A stretch of 24,000 nt of DNA from Nocardioides sp. PD653-B2. Lineage in GTDB: Bacteria > Actinomycetota > Actinomycetes > Propionibacteriales > Nocardioidaceae. Positions 8,469 to 15,275 of the stretch are shown piece after piece; the first letter of the stretch is position 1, and the number at the start of each line of letters is the position of its first letter. The stretch covers positions 8,425-32,424 of the forward strand of contig NZ_BDJE01000011.1 of assembly GCF_002117935.1 (NCBI RefSeq), in the 5' to 3' direction. The notes below the pieces were generated by a model. The model did not search any database, was not told where the DNA came from, and saw only the letters and a list, made by a program, of their open reading frames with translations. A program made the translations under genes and the position numbers.

Positions 8469-8498
8469 TTGACGCTGTGGTCGCCGTCACCGTAGAGT
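8469..8498 (+). promoter_or_regulatory. Candidate sigma-70-type promoter for the etfB operon
   Basis: TTGACG (8469-8474), 18-nt spacer, TAGAGT (8493-8498; actinobacterial TANNNT). It lies about 64 nt upstream of the etfB GTG at 8562. Confidence 0.45.
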
Positions 8499-8532
8499 CT
8501 GCAATATGCGCGTAACCTCTGCATATGTTGCA
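8499..8532. promoter_or_regulatory. Operator-like TGCA-rich array overlapping the predicted etfB transcription start
   Basis: The sequence is CTGCAATATGCGCGTAACCTCTGCATATGTTGCA. GCGTAACCT at 8510-8518 and CTGCATATGTTGCA at 8519-8532 are exact copies (direct and reverse-complement respectively) of motifs at 5952-5960 and 5913-5926. Confidence 0.45.
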
Positions 8533-8561
8533 CAGTCCCTCTCGCTGCGGGTGGAGCTCTC

Positions 8562-9314
8562 GTGAAGGTGCTCGTGTGTGTCACCCAGGCCCTGGAGGTC
8601 TCCTCCTACCTGGAGTTCACCCCGGACGGCACCGCCATCGACGCGGCGTTCGTCTCCGGCAGCCTCAACGAGGCCGACCAGAACGCCGTCGAGGAGGCGC
8701 TCGCGCTGACCGCCGACGACGGTGAGGTGGTCCTCGTCAGCGCCGGTGGCGACGAGGCGGAGGAGGCGCTGCGCGCCGGCCTCACGATGGGGGCGCACCG
8801 CGCCCTTCGCGTGGCCCTCTCGCCGGCCGAGCTGGCCGACAGCCGCACGGTGGCCGCCGCGCTCTCCCAGGCCGTGGCGGACGAGCAGCCCACTCTGGTG
8901 CTGACCGGCGTCCAGGCCTCCGACACCGGCGGGCAGTCGACCGGGCCGGCCCTCGCGGCCGCCGCGGACCTGCCCTGGGCGACCGTCGTCCGCTCGCTCG
9001 CCAGCGACGGCCGCACGCTGACCGCCCGGCGCGAGTTCGAAGGCGGTGTCTCGGAGCTGGTCCAGGTCGACCTGCCGGCTCTCGCCACGGTCCAGGTCGG
9101 CGCGAACCAGCCGCGCTACGGGACCTTCAAGGACAAGATGCGTGCCAAGAAGGCCGAGATCGCGGTCCTCACGCCCGTCGACCTGCCGACCCCGCGGGTG
9201 GTGCTCACCAGGATGAGCGCCAACCAGGCCGGTGGCCGGACCGTCCAGATGGTGCAGGGCGGACCCGCCGAGGTCGCCGCCCGCATCCTGAGCATCGTTC
9301 GTGAGGTGCAGTGA
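8562..9314 (+). CDS. etfB: Electron transfer flavoprotein, beta subunit
   Basis: 250 aa. MKVLVCVTQALEVSSYLEF... and LNEADQNAVEEAL are typical of the EtfB/FixA N-terminus. It is followed by etfA, whose start codon (GTG 9311 or ATG 9314) overlaps the etfB stop. Confidence 0.9.
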   Translation: MKVLVCVTQALEVSSYLEFTPDGTAIDAAFVSGSLNEADQNAVEEALALTADDGEVVLVSAGGDEAEEALRAGLTMGAHRALRVALSPAELADSRTVAAALSQAVADEQPTLVLTGVQASDTGGQSTGPALAAAADLPWATVVRSLASDGRTLTARREFEGGVSELVQVDLPALATVQVGANQPRYGTFKDKMRAKKAEIAVLTPVDLPTPRVVLTRMSANQAGGRTVQMVQGGPAEVAARILSIVREVQ

Positions 9315-10252
9315 TGACCCGCTTGCTCGTCGTCGCCGAGATCGTTGACGGCGCCGTCTCCCCTCTGACCGCGGAGGCCGTCTCGGCCGCCGCCTCGCTC
9401 GGCGGGGACGTGATCCTCGCCGTCGTCGGCCCCGATGCCGGTGCGCTCGCCGCCCAGGCCGCGCCGGCGGGCGTCACCGAGGTCGTCACCGTGACGGCGC
9501 CCGGCACCGACCGCGACCACGAGCAGATGCTGCACGCGGTCGCGGCGCTCGTCGCCGACGTCGCCCCGGAGGTCGTGGTCGCCGGCTTCACGATCCGCTC
9601 CACGGCGTGGGCCGCCGCTCTCGCCGAACGCCTCGACCTGGCGTTCGTGCCGGACGTCGTGTCGCTGACCGCGGCCGGCGGCGAGGTCACCGCGGAGCGC
9701 TCCATCTACGACGGCCGGGTCCGCGCCGAGTACGCCTTCCCGACGGGCCGTCCCGTCGTCGCCCTGGTCCGCGCAGGCTCCTGGCCGCCCGCCGAGCCGG
9801 CCGCCGCGGCCGCGACCCGGGCCCTCGAGGTCGATCTCCCTCCCTCGCGCGTCCGCGCAGGCGAGCTGACCCGGCCTTCCGGCGACGTGGACCTGACCGG
9901 GTCCGACGTCATCTTCGCGGTCGGTCGCGGTGTCGGCTCGGAGGAGAACATCGCGGCCTTCGCCGACATCGCGCGTCGCCTCGGCGCGGGCCTCGGCGCC
10001 TCGCGCCCGATCATCGACGCCGGCTGGCTGCCCGCCGTCCACCAGGTCGGCCAGACGGGCGTGACGGTGAAGCCCAAGGTCTACGTCGCGCTGGGTATCT
10101 CCGGCGCCCTGCACCACCTCGCCGGCATGCAGCACAGCAAGACGATCGTCGCGGTCAACACCAACGAGGACGCGCCCATCTTCGGGTACGCCGACGTGGG
10201 TGCGGTCGCGGACATCCACGAGGTCGCCGAGCAGCTGCAGGCGCTCCTCTAG
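9311..10252 (+). CDS. etfA: Electron transfer flavoprotein, alpha subunit
   Basis: 313 aa. The C-terminal FAD-binding signature is GASRPIIDAGWLPAVHQVGQTGVTVKPKVYVALGISGALHHLAGMQHSKTIVAVNTNEDAPIF. The start is GTG 9311 (GTGA overlap) or ATG 9314. Confidence 0.9.
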   Translation: MMTRLLVVAEIVDGAVSPLTAEAVSAAASLGGDVILAVVGPDAGALAAQAAPAGVTEVVTVTAPGTDRDHEQMLHAVAALVADVAPEVVVAGFTIRSTAWAAALAERLDLAFVPDVVSLTAAGGEVTAERSIYDGRVRAEYAFPTGRPVVALVRAGSWPPAEPAAAAATRALEVDLPPSRVRAGELTRPSGDVDLTGSDVIFAVGRGVGSEENIAAFADIARRLGAGLGASRPIIDAGWLPAVHQVGQTGVTVKPKVYVALGISGALHHLAGMQHSKTIVAVNTNEDAPIFGYADVGAVADIHEVAEQLQALL

Positions 10253-10290
10253 CACGACGACGGACCATCTGGTCGGGACAGGGAGAACTC

Positions 10291-11919
10291 GTGAGCACAG
10301 ACGTGGCGGACGTCCTCATCATCGGCGCGGGCGCGTCGGGCGGCGTGGCGGCGAAGCATCTCGCCGAGGCGGGCTTCAGCGTGGTGGTCCTCGAGCAGGG
10401 GGACTGGGTCAACCAGAGTGACCTGCCGGGGCTGCGACCGGAGTACGAGGTGCTGGGCGGCGGCCCGTGGCACCCGAACCCGAACGTGCGCCAGCGTCCC
10501 GAGGACTACCCGATCAACCTCGACGACTCCGCCGCCGTGATCGGCATGTTCAACGGCGTCGGCGGCAGCACCGTCCTCTACGCGAGCTGCTGGTGCCGCG
10601 CGAAGCCGTCGGACTTCCGGGTGCGCACCCTCGACGGGGTCGCCGACGACTGGCCGGTGAGCTACGAGGAGCTCGAGCCGTTCTACCGCCAGGTGGAGTA
10701 CGACCTCGGCATCTCCGGTCAGGCCGGCAACCCGGCGTACCCGCCGGGCTACGCCCCGCCGCTGCCCAGCCTGCCGATCAACATGGCCGGACGCGTGATG
10801 GCGCAGGGCATGAACAAGCTCGGCTGGCACTGGTGGCCCGGCTACAACTCGATCCCCTCCCAGGACCACCTCCACCAGAAGAAGTGCGAGCGGTACGGCG
10901 TCTGCATGTATGGCTGCCCTCAGGGGGCGAAGGGCTCGACCGACGTCGCGCTCTTCCCGGATGCCCTCGCCCATGGTGCGCGCCTGGAGACCCGCGCCCG
11001 GGTCGCGCGGATCAGCCTCGACGAGAACGGCCTCGCGAACGGGGCGGTCTACTTCCAAGACGGCGTGGAGAAGTTCCAGCCGGCCAAGCTGGTCCTGGTG
11101 GGCGCCAACGGCATCGGCACGCCGCGGCTGCTGCTGATGTCGGAGTCCGCAGGCCACCCCGACGGGCTCGCGAACAGCTCCGGACTCGTGGGCAAGCGCT
11201 TCATGACCCACCCGTTCGGCACCTCCGTGGGGCTCTACGAGGAGGACCTCGAGGACTGGGTGGGCCCCACCGGCGAGGCGATCGAGTCCATGCAGTTCTA
11301 CGAGACCGACCCCTCCCGCGGCTTCGTGCGCGGCAGCAAGTGGCACATCATCCCGTCCGCGGGCCGGCCGCTCGGCATGATCAACCGCTTCACGATGGGT
11401 GAGGGCGGCGTCGCCGACGAGCCCTTCTGGGGCGAGGCGTTCACCGAGCGGATGAAGGCGTCCGTGGGCCACCTGATCGAGTGGATGATCATGCCCGACG
11501 ACCTGCCCGAGGAGCACAACCGGATCACGCTCGACCACGAGAAGACCGACTCCGACGGACTGCCCGGCGCGAAGGTCGCCTACGTCACCGGCGAGAACAC
11601 CCGCAAGCTGGTCGACTGGAACCTCCAGCGCAGCCTGGAGGCACACGAGGCGGCCGGAGCCACGAAGGCCTGGATCACCAACCGCAACAACCCGTCCTGG
11701 CACAACATGGGCACCGCGCGGATGGGCGACGACCCGGAGACCTCGGTGGTGAACAGGTGGGGTCAGGCCCACGACGTCCCCAACCTGTACGTCATCGACG
11801 GCAGCCAGTTCGTCACCGCCACGGGCGTCAACCCGACGGCGACGATCTGTGCGCTGGCGAAGCGGACGGCGGCATACCTGGTGGAGAACCGGCGCGAGCA
11901 GAAGGTGTCGACGGCATGA
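10291..11919 (+). CDS. GMC-family FAD-dependent oxidoreductase (sugar/polyol dehydrogenase large subunit)
   Basis: I trimmed ORF 9607-11919 to GTG 10291, preceded by GGGAGA at 10281-10286. The N-terminal dinucleotide fold is DVLIIGAGASGGVAAKHLAEAGFSVVVLEQG. The C-terminal GMC domain is WHNMGTARMGDDPETSVVNRWGQAHDVPNLYVIDGSQFVTATGVNPTATICALAKR. Confidence 0.85.
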   Translation: MSTDVADVLIIGAGASGGVAAKHLAEAGFSVVVLEQGDWVNQSDLPGLRPEYEVLGGGPWHPNPNVRQRPEDYPINLDDSAAVIGMFNGVGGSTVLYASCWCRAKPSDFRVRTLDGVADDWPVSYEELEPFYRQVEYDLGISGQAGNPAYPPGYAPPLPSLPINMAGRVMAQGMNKLGWHWWPGYNSIPSQDHLHQKKCERYGVCMYGCPQGAKGSTDVALFPDALAHGARLETRARVARISLDENGLANGAVYFQDGVEKFQPAKLVLVGANGIGTPRLLLMSESAGHPDGLANSSGLVGKRFMTHPFGTSVGLYEEDLEDWVGPTGEAIESMQFYETDPSRGFVRGSKWHIIPSAGRPLGMINRFTMGEGGVADEPFWGEAFTERMKASVGHLIEWMIMPDDLPEEHNRITLDHEKTDSDGLPGAKVAYVTGENTRKLVDWNLQRSLEAHEAAGATKAWITNRNNPSWHNMGTARMGDDPETSVVNRWGQAHDVPNLYVIDGSQFVTATGVNPTATICALAKRTAAYLVENRREQKVSTA

Positions 11920-12377
11920 GCATCACGGACGTGACGATCCAGCCGGCCTCGGCGCCGGTGCTGAGCGAGGAGCAGCGGGCACGGCTGGCGGTGCTGGCCG
12001 ATCTGTTGATCTCCGGTGGCGCGGGGCTGCCCTCGGCCAGTGGGGCGGAGGTGCCGACGCAGTGGATCGACCGGGTCCTGGCGGTGCGCGCCGACCTGGA
12101 CGCCACGGTGCGGGCGGTGCTGGAGCTGGAGGGTGATCCGGGCGAGGTGCTGGCCGGCCTGCGGGCGGATTCCCCGGAGGTGTTCGGGGCGTTCGCGATG
12201 GCGGTCGCCGGTGCCTACCTGATCAACCCGCGGGTGCGTCGCGGGCTGGGCTACCCCGGGCCGGCGCCGATGAAGAACCCGGCGCTGCCCGACGAGGCCG
12301 AGGCCTACCTCGAGGGCGGGATCCTCGACGTGGTCGTCGCCCGCGGACCGATCTACCGCCCCACGCCCCAGGGCTGA
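11916..12377 (+). CDS. Gluconate 2-dehydrogenase subunit-3-family small subunit (partner of the GMC dehydrogenase), without a Tat signal
   Basis: I trimmed ORF 11481-12377 to ATG 11916 (ATGA overlap with the GMC stop), giving 153 aa. LSEEQRARLAVLADLLISGGAGLPSASGAEVPTQWIDRVL matches the usual L-x-x-E-x-x-x-L-x-A-x-x-D-x-L-I-P...A...GV...FID opening of this family. There is no RRxFL twin-arginine motif. Confidence 0.55.
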   Translation: MSITDVTIQPASAPVLSEEQRARLAVLADLLISGGAGLPSASGAEVPTQWIDRVLAVRADLDATVRAVLELEGDPGEVLAGLRADSPEVFGAFAMAVAGAYLINPRVRRGLGYPGPAPMKNPALPDEAEAYLEGGILDVVVARGPIYRPTPQG

Positions 12378-12405
12378 GGCGAGGCCGGCCGCCTGGTCCT
12401 CCCCG

Positions 12406-13359
12406 TCAGCTGGGAGTCGCCCAGGTGAGGAGGCGTGCCGGGTTGCCCACCGTGATCTGGCGGATGGCCTGCTCCTCGAGGCCCTGGCGTCGCAGCCACG
12501 GCACGAACCGCCACGGGATGTAGCTGTAGCCCGGGCCGCCGCCCCAGCTGACCCAGGAGCTGCGCCGCGCCAGGTCGCCCGAGAGCACGACGTGCTCCAC
12601 CAGGCCGTCGTCGACCAGGCGGGCGACGGTCTCGACGCGCTTGGCGTCGGGCTCGTACCAGTCCTTGGAGATGCAGTCGAAGCCGAGCAGGAAGCCCTCG
12701 CGCGCGAGCGCGCGCAGCTCGGGATAGCGCAGCCGGCGGTCGAGGTGGCCCAGGCACACCCGGCGGGGGTCGGCTCCGGCCGCGAGCAGGATCCGCGCCT
12801 GGTCGGGTGCCATCGTCCCCGCGGTGGTGTGGGTCGTGATCGGCGAGCCCGTGCGCCGCTGGGTGATGCCGGCCGCCGTGAGCACCCGCTCCTCGGCGTC
12901 GGTCACCTCGTCGCGGGAGCTGCCCGCCTTGATGATGCCGGCGCGCACCTCGCTGCCGTCCACGCCGACGCTGAGGTCGGCGGTCATCTCCTCGACCAGC
13001 TGCTCGACCGACAGGGCCGGGACGTCGATGACGCCGTCCCAGTAGTCGACCGACACGTGGCCGGTCGTGGCGACGACCTGCACCCCGCTCTGGGCGGAGA
13101 TCGCCCGCAGCGCCCGGACGTCGCGCCCGAACTCCGCGACCGTGAGCTCGATCAGTGCTCCGCCGCCCGCCTGACGGAACACCTCCAGCTCGGCGACCGC
13201 CTTGGCGGGGTCGTCGAGCAGCAGGTCGTCGCCGTCACGGAGCCGAGGCGCGGGCGCGGTCACGAGGTGCTCGTGACACAGCGTCAGGCCGAGCGTCTCC
13301 GGAGCGACGTCACCAAGGACGGTACGGACGAATCCTTGACCACTCATGCCAGATATCAT
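12406..13359 (-). CDS. php: Phosphotriesterase-related protein (amidohydrolase superfamily; Php/YhfV-like, probable lactonase/esterase)
   Basis: 317 aa, collinear with the PTE/Php family. All binuclear-metal ligand positions are recognisable: TLCHEHL (HxH), AGIIKAGSS (Lys), ITTHTT (His), LGHLD (His) and LSGDLA (Asp). An alternative ATG at 13347 (MSGQGFVRTVLG...) is equally plausible. Confidence 0.85.
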   Translation of the reverse strand: MISGMSGQGFVRTVLGDVAPETLGLTLCHEHLVTAPAPRLRDGDDLLLDDPAKAVAELEVFRQAGGGALIELTVAEFGRDVRALRAISAQSGVQVVATTGHVSVDYWDGVIDVPALSVEQLVEEMTADLSVGVDGSEVRAGIIKAGSSRDEVTDAEERVLTAAGITQRRTGSPITTHTTAGTMAPDQARILLAAGADPRRVCLGHLDRRLRYPELRALAREGFLLGFDCISKDWYEPDAKRVETVARLVDDGLVEHVVLSGDLARRSSWVSWGGGPGYSYIPWRFVPWLRRQGLEEQAIRQITVGNPARLLTWATPS

Positions 13360-13360
13360 A

Positions 13361-13380
13361 ACGTCATAACAAGATGACGT
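13361..13380. promoter_or_regulatory. Perfect inverted repeat ACGTCAT-N6-ATGACGT in the AT-rich php / aroE-like divergent promoter region (candidate operator)
   Basis: ACGTCAT at 13361-13367, spacer AACAAG, ATGACGT at 13374-13380. It overlaps the 8-bp palindrome TGACGTCA at 13375-13382. It is embedded in the only markedly AT-rich stretch of this locus (about 13350-13382). Confidence 0.5.
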
Positions 13381-13397
13381 CAGGCGAGGAGGTCCCC

Positions 13398-14330
13398 GTG
13401 CGTCACCTCTACTTTGTCGGTGTCTCGACCACCAGGTCGAGCATCGTCACGATCTTCCCCGCCTGGGCGAAGGTGCTGGGCCTGGATGCCGAGCTCCGCG
13501 GCCTCGACGTGCCGCTGCACGCCCCGCCGGAGCAGCTGCGCGCCGCGGTCGACACCGTCCGTACCGACCCCGACATCGCCGGCGCGCTGGTCACGACGCA
13601 CAAGGCCGGCGTGTACGACGTCGCCGGCACCTGGTTCGACGAGCTCGACGACGCCGCCAAGCTCTGCCACGAGGTCTCGTGCATCGCGGTCCGCTCCGGC
13701 CGGCTGCTCGGCTGGGCGAAGGACCCGATCACCTCGCGGCAGGCCTACACCCAGCTGCTCGGGCCCGAGCCGTGGCGAGACGGCGTGGCTGACGTCGTCT
13801 GTCTCGGCGCCGGGGGCGCGGGTCTCGCGCTGCTCGTCGCCGTCCTGGGCGAGACCCACCAGCCGCGTCGACTGCTGCTCACCGATCGCGACGCCGGCCG
13901 GCTCGAGCTGGCCCGCGAGGTCGCGGCGCGACTGCCCGGGCGGGTCGAGCTGGAGCTGCACCACACCACGGCCGCGGAGCACAGCGACGAGGTCGTCGCC
14001 TCGGCCGCTCCCGGATCGCTCGTCGTGAACGCCACGGGCATGGGCAAGGACTCGCCGGGCTCGCCGGTGAGCGACGCCGTGGTCTTCCCGCGGGGCGCGG
14101 TCGCGTGGGACATGAACTACCGCGGCGAGCTCGACTTCCTCCGGCAGGCGCGCGCCCAGGAGTGGGAGCGCGGTCTCACCGTCGCCGACGGGTGGCGGTA
14201 CTTCCTGCACGGGTGGACCGAGGTCATCTCCGAGGTCTTCGACGTGCCCCTGGACGCCACCCTCTTCGCCCAGCTGGCCGAGGTCGCCGCCACGGCCACC
14301 GGGCGCAACGTCGCGGGGAACGCCACGTGA
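13398..14330 (+). CDS. Shikimate/quinate dehydrogenase-family (AroE-like) NAD(P)-dependent oxidoreductase, divergent member
   Basis: The ORF track starts at ATG 13374, but GTG 13398 has a strong SD (GAGGAGG 13386-13392, 5-nt spacing). It contains ALVTTHKAG (compare AroE NVTxPxK), LLGWAKDPITS (compare G-x-NTD-x-x-G), the Rossmann motif VVCLGAGGAGLALL, and LVVNATGMG. Confidence 0.6.
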   Translation: MRHLYFVGVSTTRSSIVTIFPAWAKVLGLDAELRGLDVPLHAPPEQLRAAVDTVRTDPDIAGALVTTHKAGVYDVAGTWFDELDDAAKLCHEVSCIAVRSGRLLGWAKDPITSRQAYTQLLGPEPWRDGVADVVCLGAGGAGLALLVAVLGETHQPRRLLLTDRDAGRLELAREVAARLPGRVELELHHTTAAEHSDEVVASAAPGSLVVNATGMGKDSPGSPVSDAVVFPRGAVAWDMNYRGELDFLRQARAQEWERGLTVADGWRYFLHGWTEVISEVFDVPLDATLFAQLAEVAATATGRNVAGNAT

Positions 14331-14359
14331 GCGCCGAGCCCCGCATCGGGCGGACCGCC

Positions 14360-15175
14360 TCAGATCGTGAACGGCGAGACCAGGGCTCCGGACGAACGCT
14401 TGTCACGGACGACGTCCATCTCGACGCGCATCCGGTCGGCCCGGTGCCAGGCCCGGAAGCACTCGATCGCGCCGCCGTTGGCGTCGCGGCCGACCGACTC
14501 GACGTAGAGCAGCGGTTCGCCCTGGCCGACGTTGAGGAGCTTGGTCATCATGCCCGCGGCAGCCGTCGCCTCGATGGAGCGGTGGCCGCTCTCGATGCGC
14601 AGCCCGAAGGAGTCCTCGAGGATCCGGTAGAGCGACCCCTGCGAGAGGTCCGCGGCGCGCAGGTGCTCGAGCAGCTGCGGGTCGTCGCGGTTCACGTAGG
14701 ACTTGGTGAAGGCGACGACCTCGTCGTTGACCGCGCGCTGCCGGACGACCTCGATGCAGTGCGCGCCGGCGTCGGCGCCCATCAGCTCCCGGATCCGGCC
14801 GGCGACCTCGATCCGGTCGATCGAGAGCACCGAGCTGGAGACGGAGTGACCGTGGCTGGTCATGTCCTCGAAGAAGCCGACCGTGCTCTCCATGAACTGC
14901 TCGGAGAGCTTCGGCTTGGCCACGAAGGTGCCCTTGCCGCGCATCCGCTGCAGGACGCCTTCGGTCACCAGCTCGCCGACCGCCTGGCGTACGACGGTCC
15001 GCGACACGCCGTACCGCGCGCACATCTCGGTCTCCGACGGCAACAGGTGGCCGGGCTCCAGTCCGTTCTGCGCGATCTCTCGCAGGATCAGCTGCTTGAG
15101 CTGCTCGTAATAGGGCAGTCGAGCATCCCGCTCGATCCCGCCGTGTTCGGCCACGACGCGGACCGTATCACCCAT
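14360..15175 (-). CDS. GntR-family transcriptional regulator, HutC subfamily (UTRA effector domain)
   Basis: I trimmed ORF 14360-15238 to ATG 15175. The HTH region is LPYYEQLKQLILREIAQNGLEPGHLLPSETEMCARYGVSRTVVRQAVGELVTEGVLQRMRGKGTFVA. The C-terminal region of about 150 aa is UTRA-like. It is divergent from the DUF2620 operon. An alternative GTG start lies at 15238. Confidence 0.85.
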   Translation of the reverse strand: MGDTVRVVAEHGGIERDARLPYYEQLKQLILREIAQNGLEPGHLLPSETEMCARYGVSRTVVRQAVGELVTEGVLQRMRGKGTFVAKPKLSEQFMESTVGFFEDMTSHGHSVSSSVLSIDRIEVAGRIRELMGADAGAHCIEVVRQRAVNDEVVAFTKSYVNRDDPQLLEHLRAADLSQGSLYRILEDSFGLRIESGHRSIEATAAAGMMTKLLNVGQGEPLLYVESVGRDANGGAIECFRAWHRADRMRVEMDVVRDKRSSGALVSPFTI

Positions 15176-15275
15176 GCTGAGGTGATGACAGGATGATGAA
15201 TCCCACACCGGGCCGTGGTCCCCGCGCCGACTTGGCACCCCTCACCACCACGTCACCAGCACGAAAGGCCCCCCG

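Noticed and set aside
12378-12405. The GC-rich quasi-palindrome GGCGAGGCCGGCCGCC between the convergent small-subunit and php genes, considered as a terminator
   Set aside because: At best it forms a 5-bp stem with a bulge around a GGCCGGCC core, with no T-tract. That is too weak to call from sequence alone.
13375-13382. TGACGTCA read as a CRE/CRP-type cAMP response site
   Set aside because: The CRE assignment is eukaryotic. Actinobacterial CRP/GlxR sites are TGTGA-N6-TCACA, which is not present. I kept the element as an unassigned operator candidate only.
15183-15200. GATGA-containing direct repeats (GTGATGACAGGATGATGAAT) in the gntR/DUF2620 divergent region, considered as a GntR operator. 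TTGGCA at 15232-15237 was considered as a -35 box.
   Set aside because: The repeats are short, with no clear dyad symmetry and no GT-N-AC HutC-type core that I can align. No acceptable TANNNT -10 box lies 16-19 nt downstream of TTGGCA. The evidence is insufficient for a feature call.
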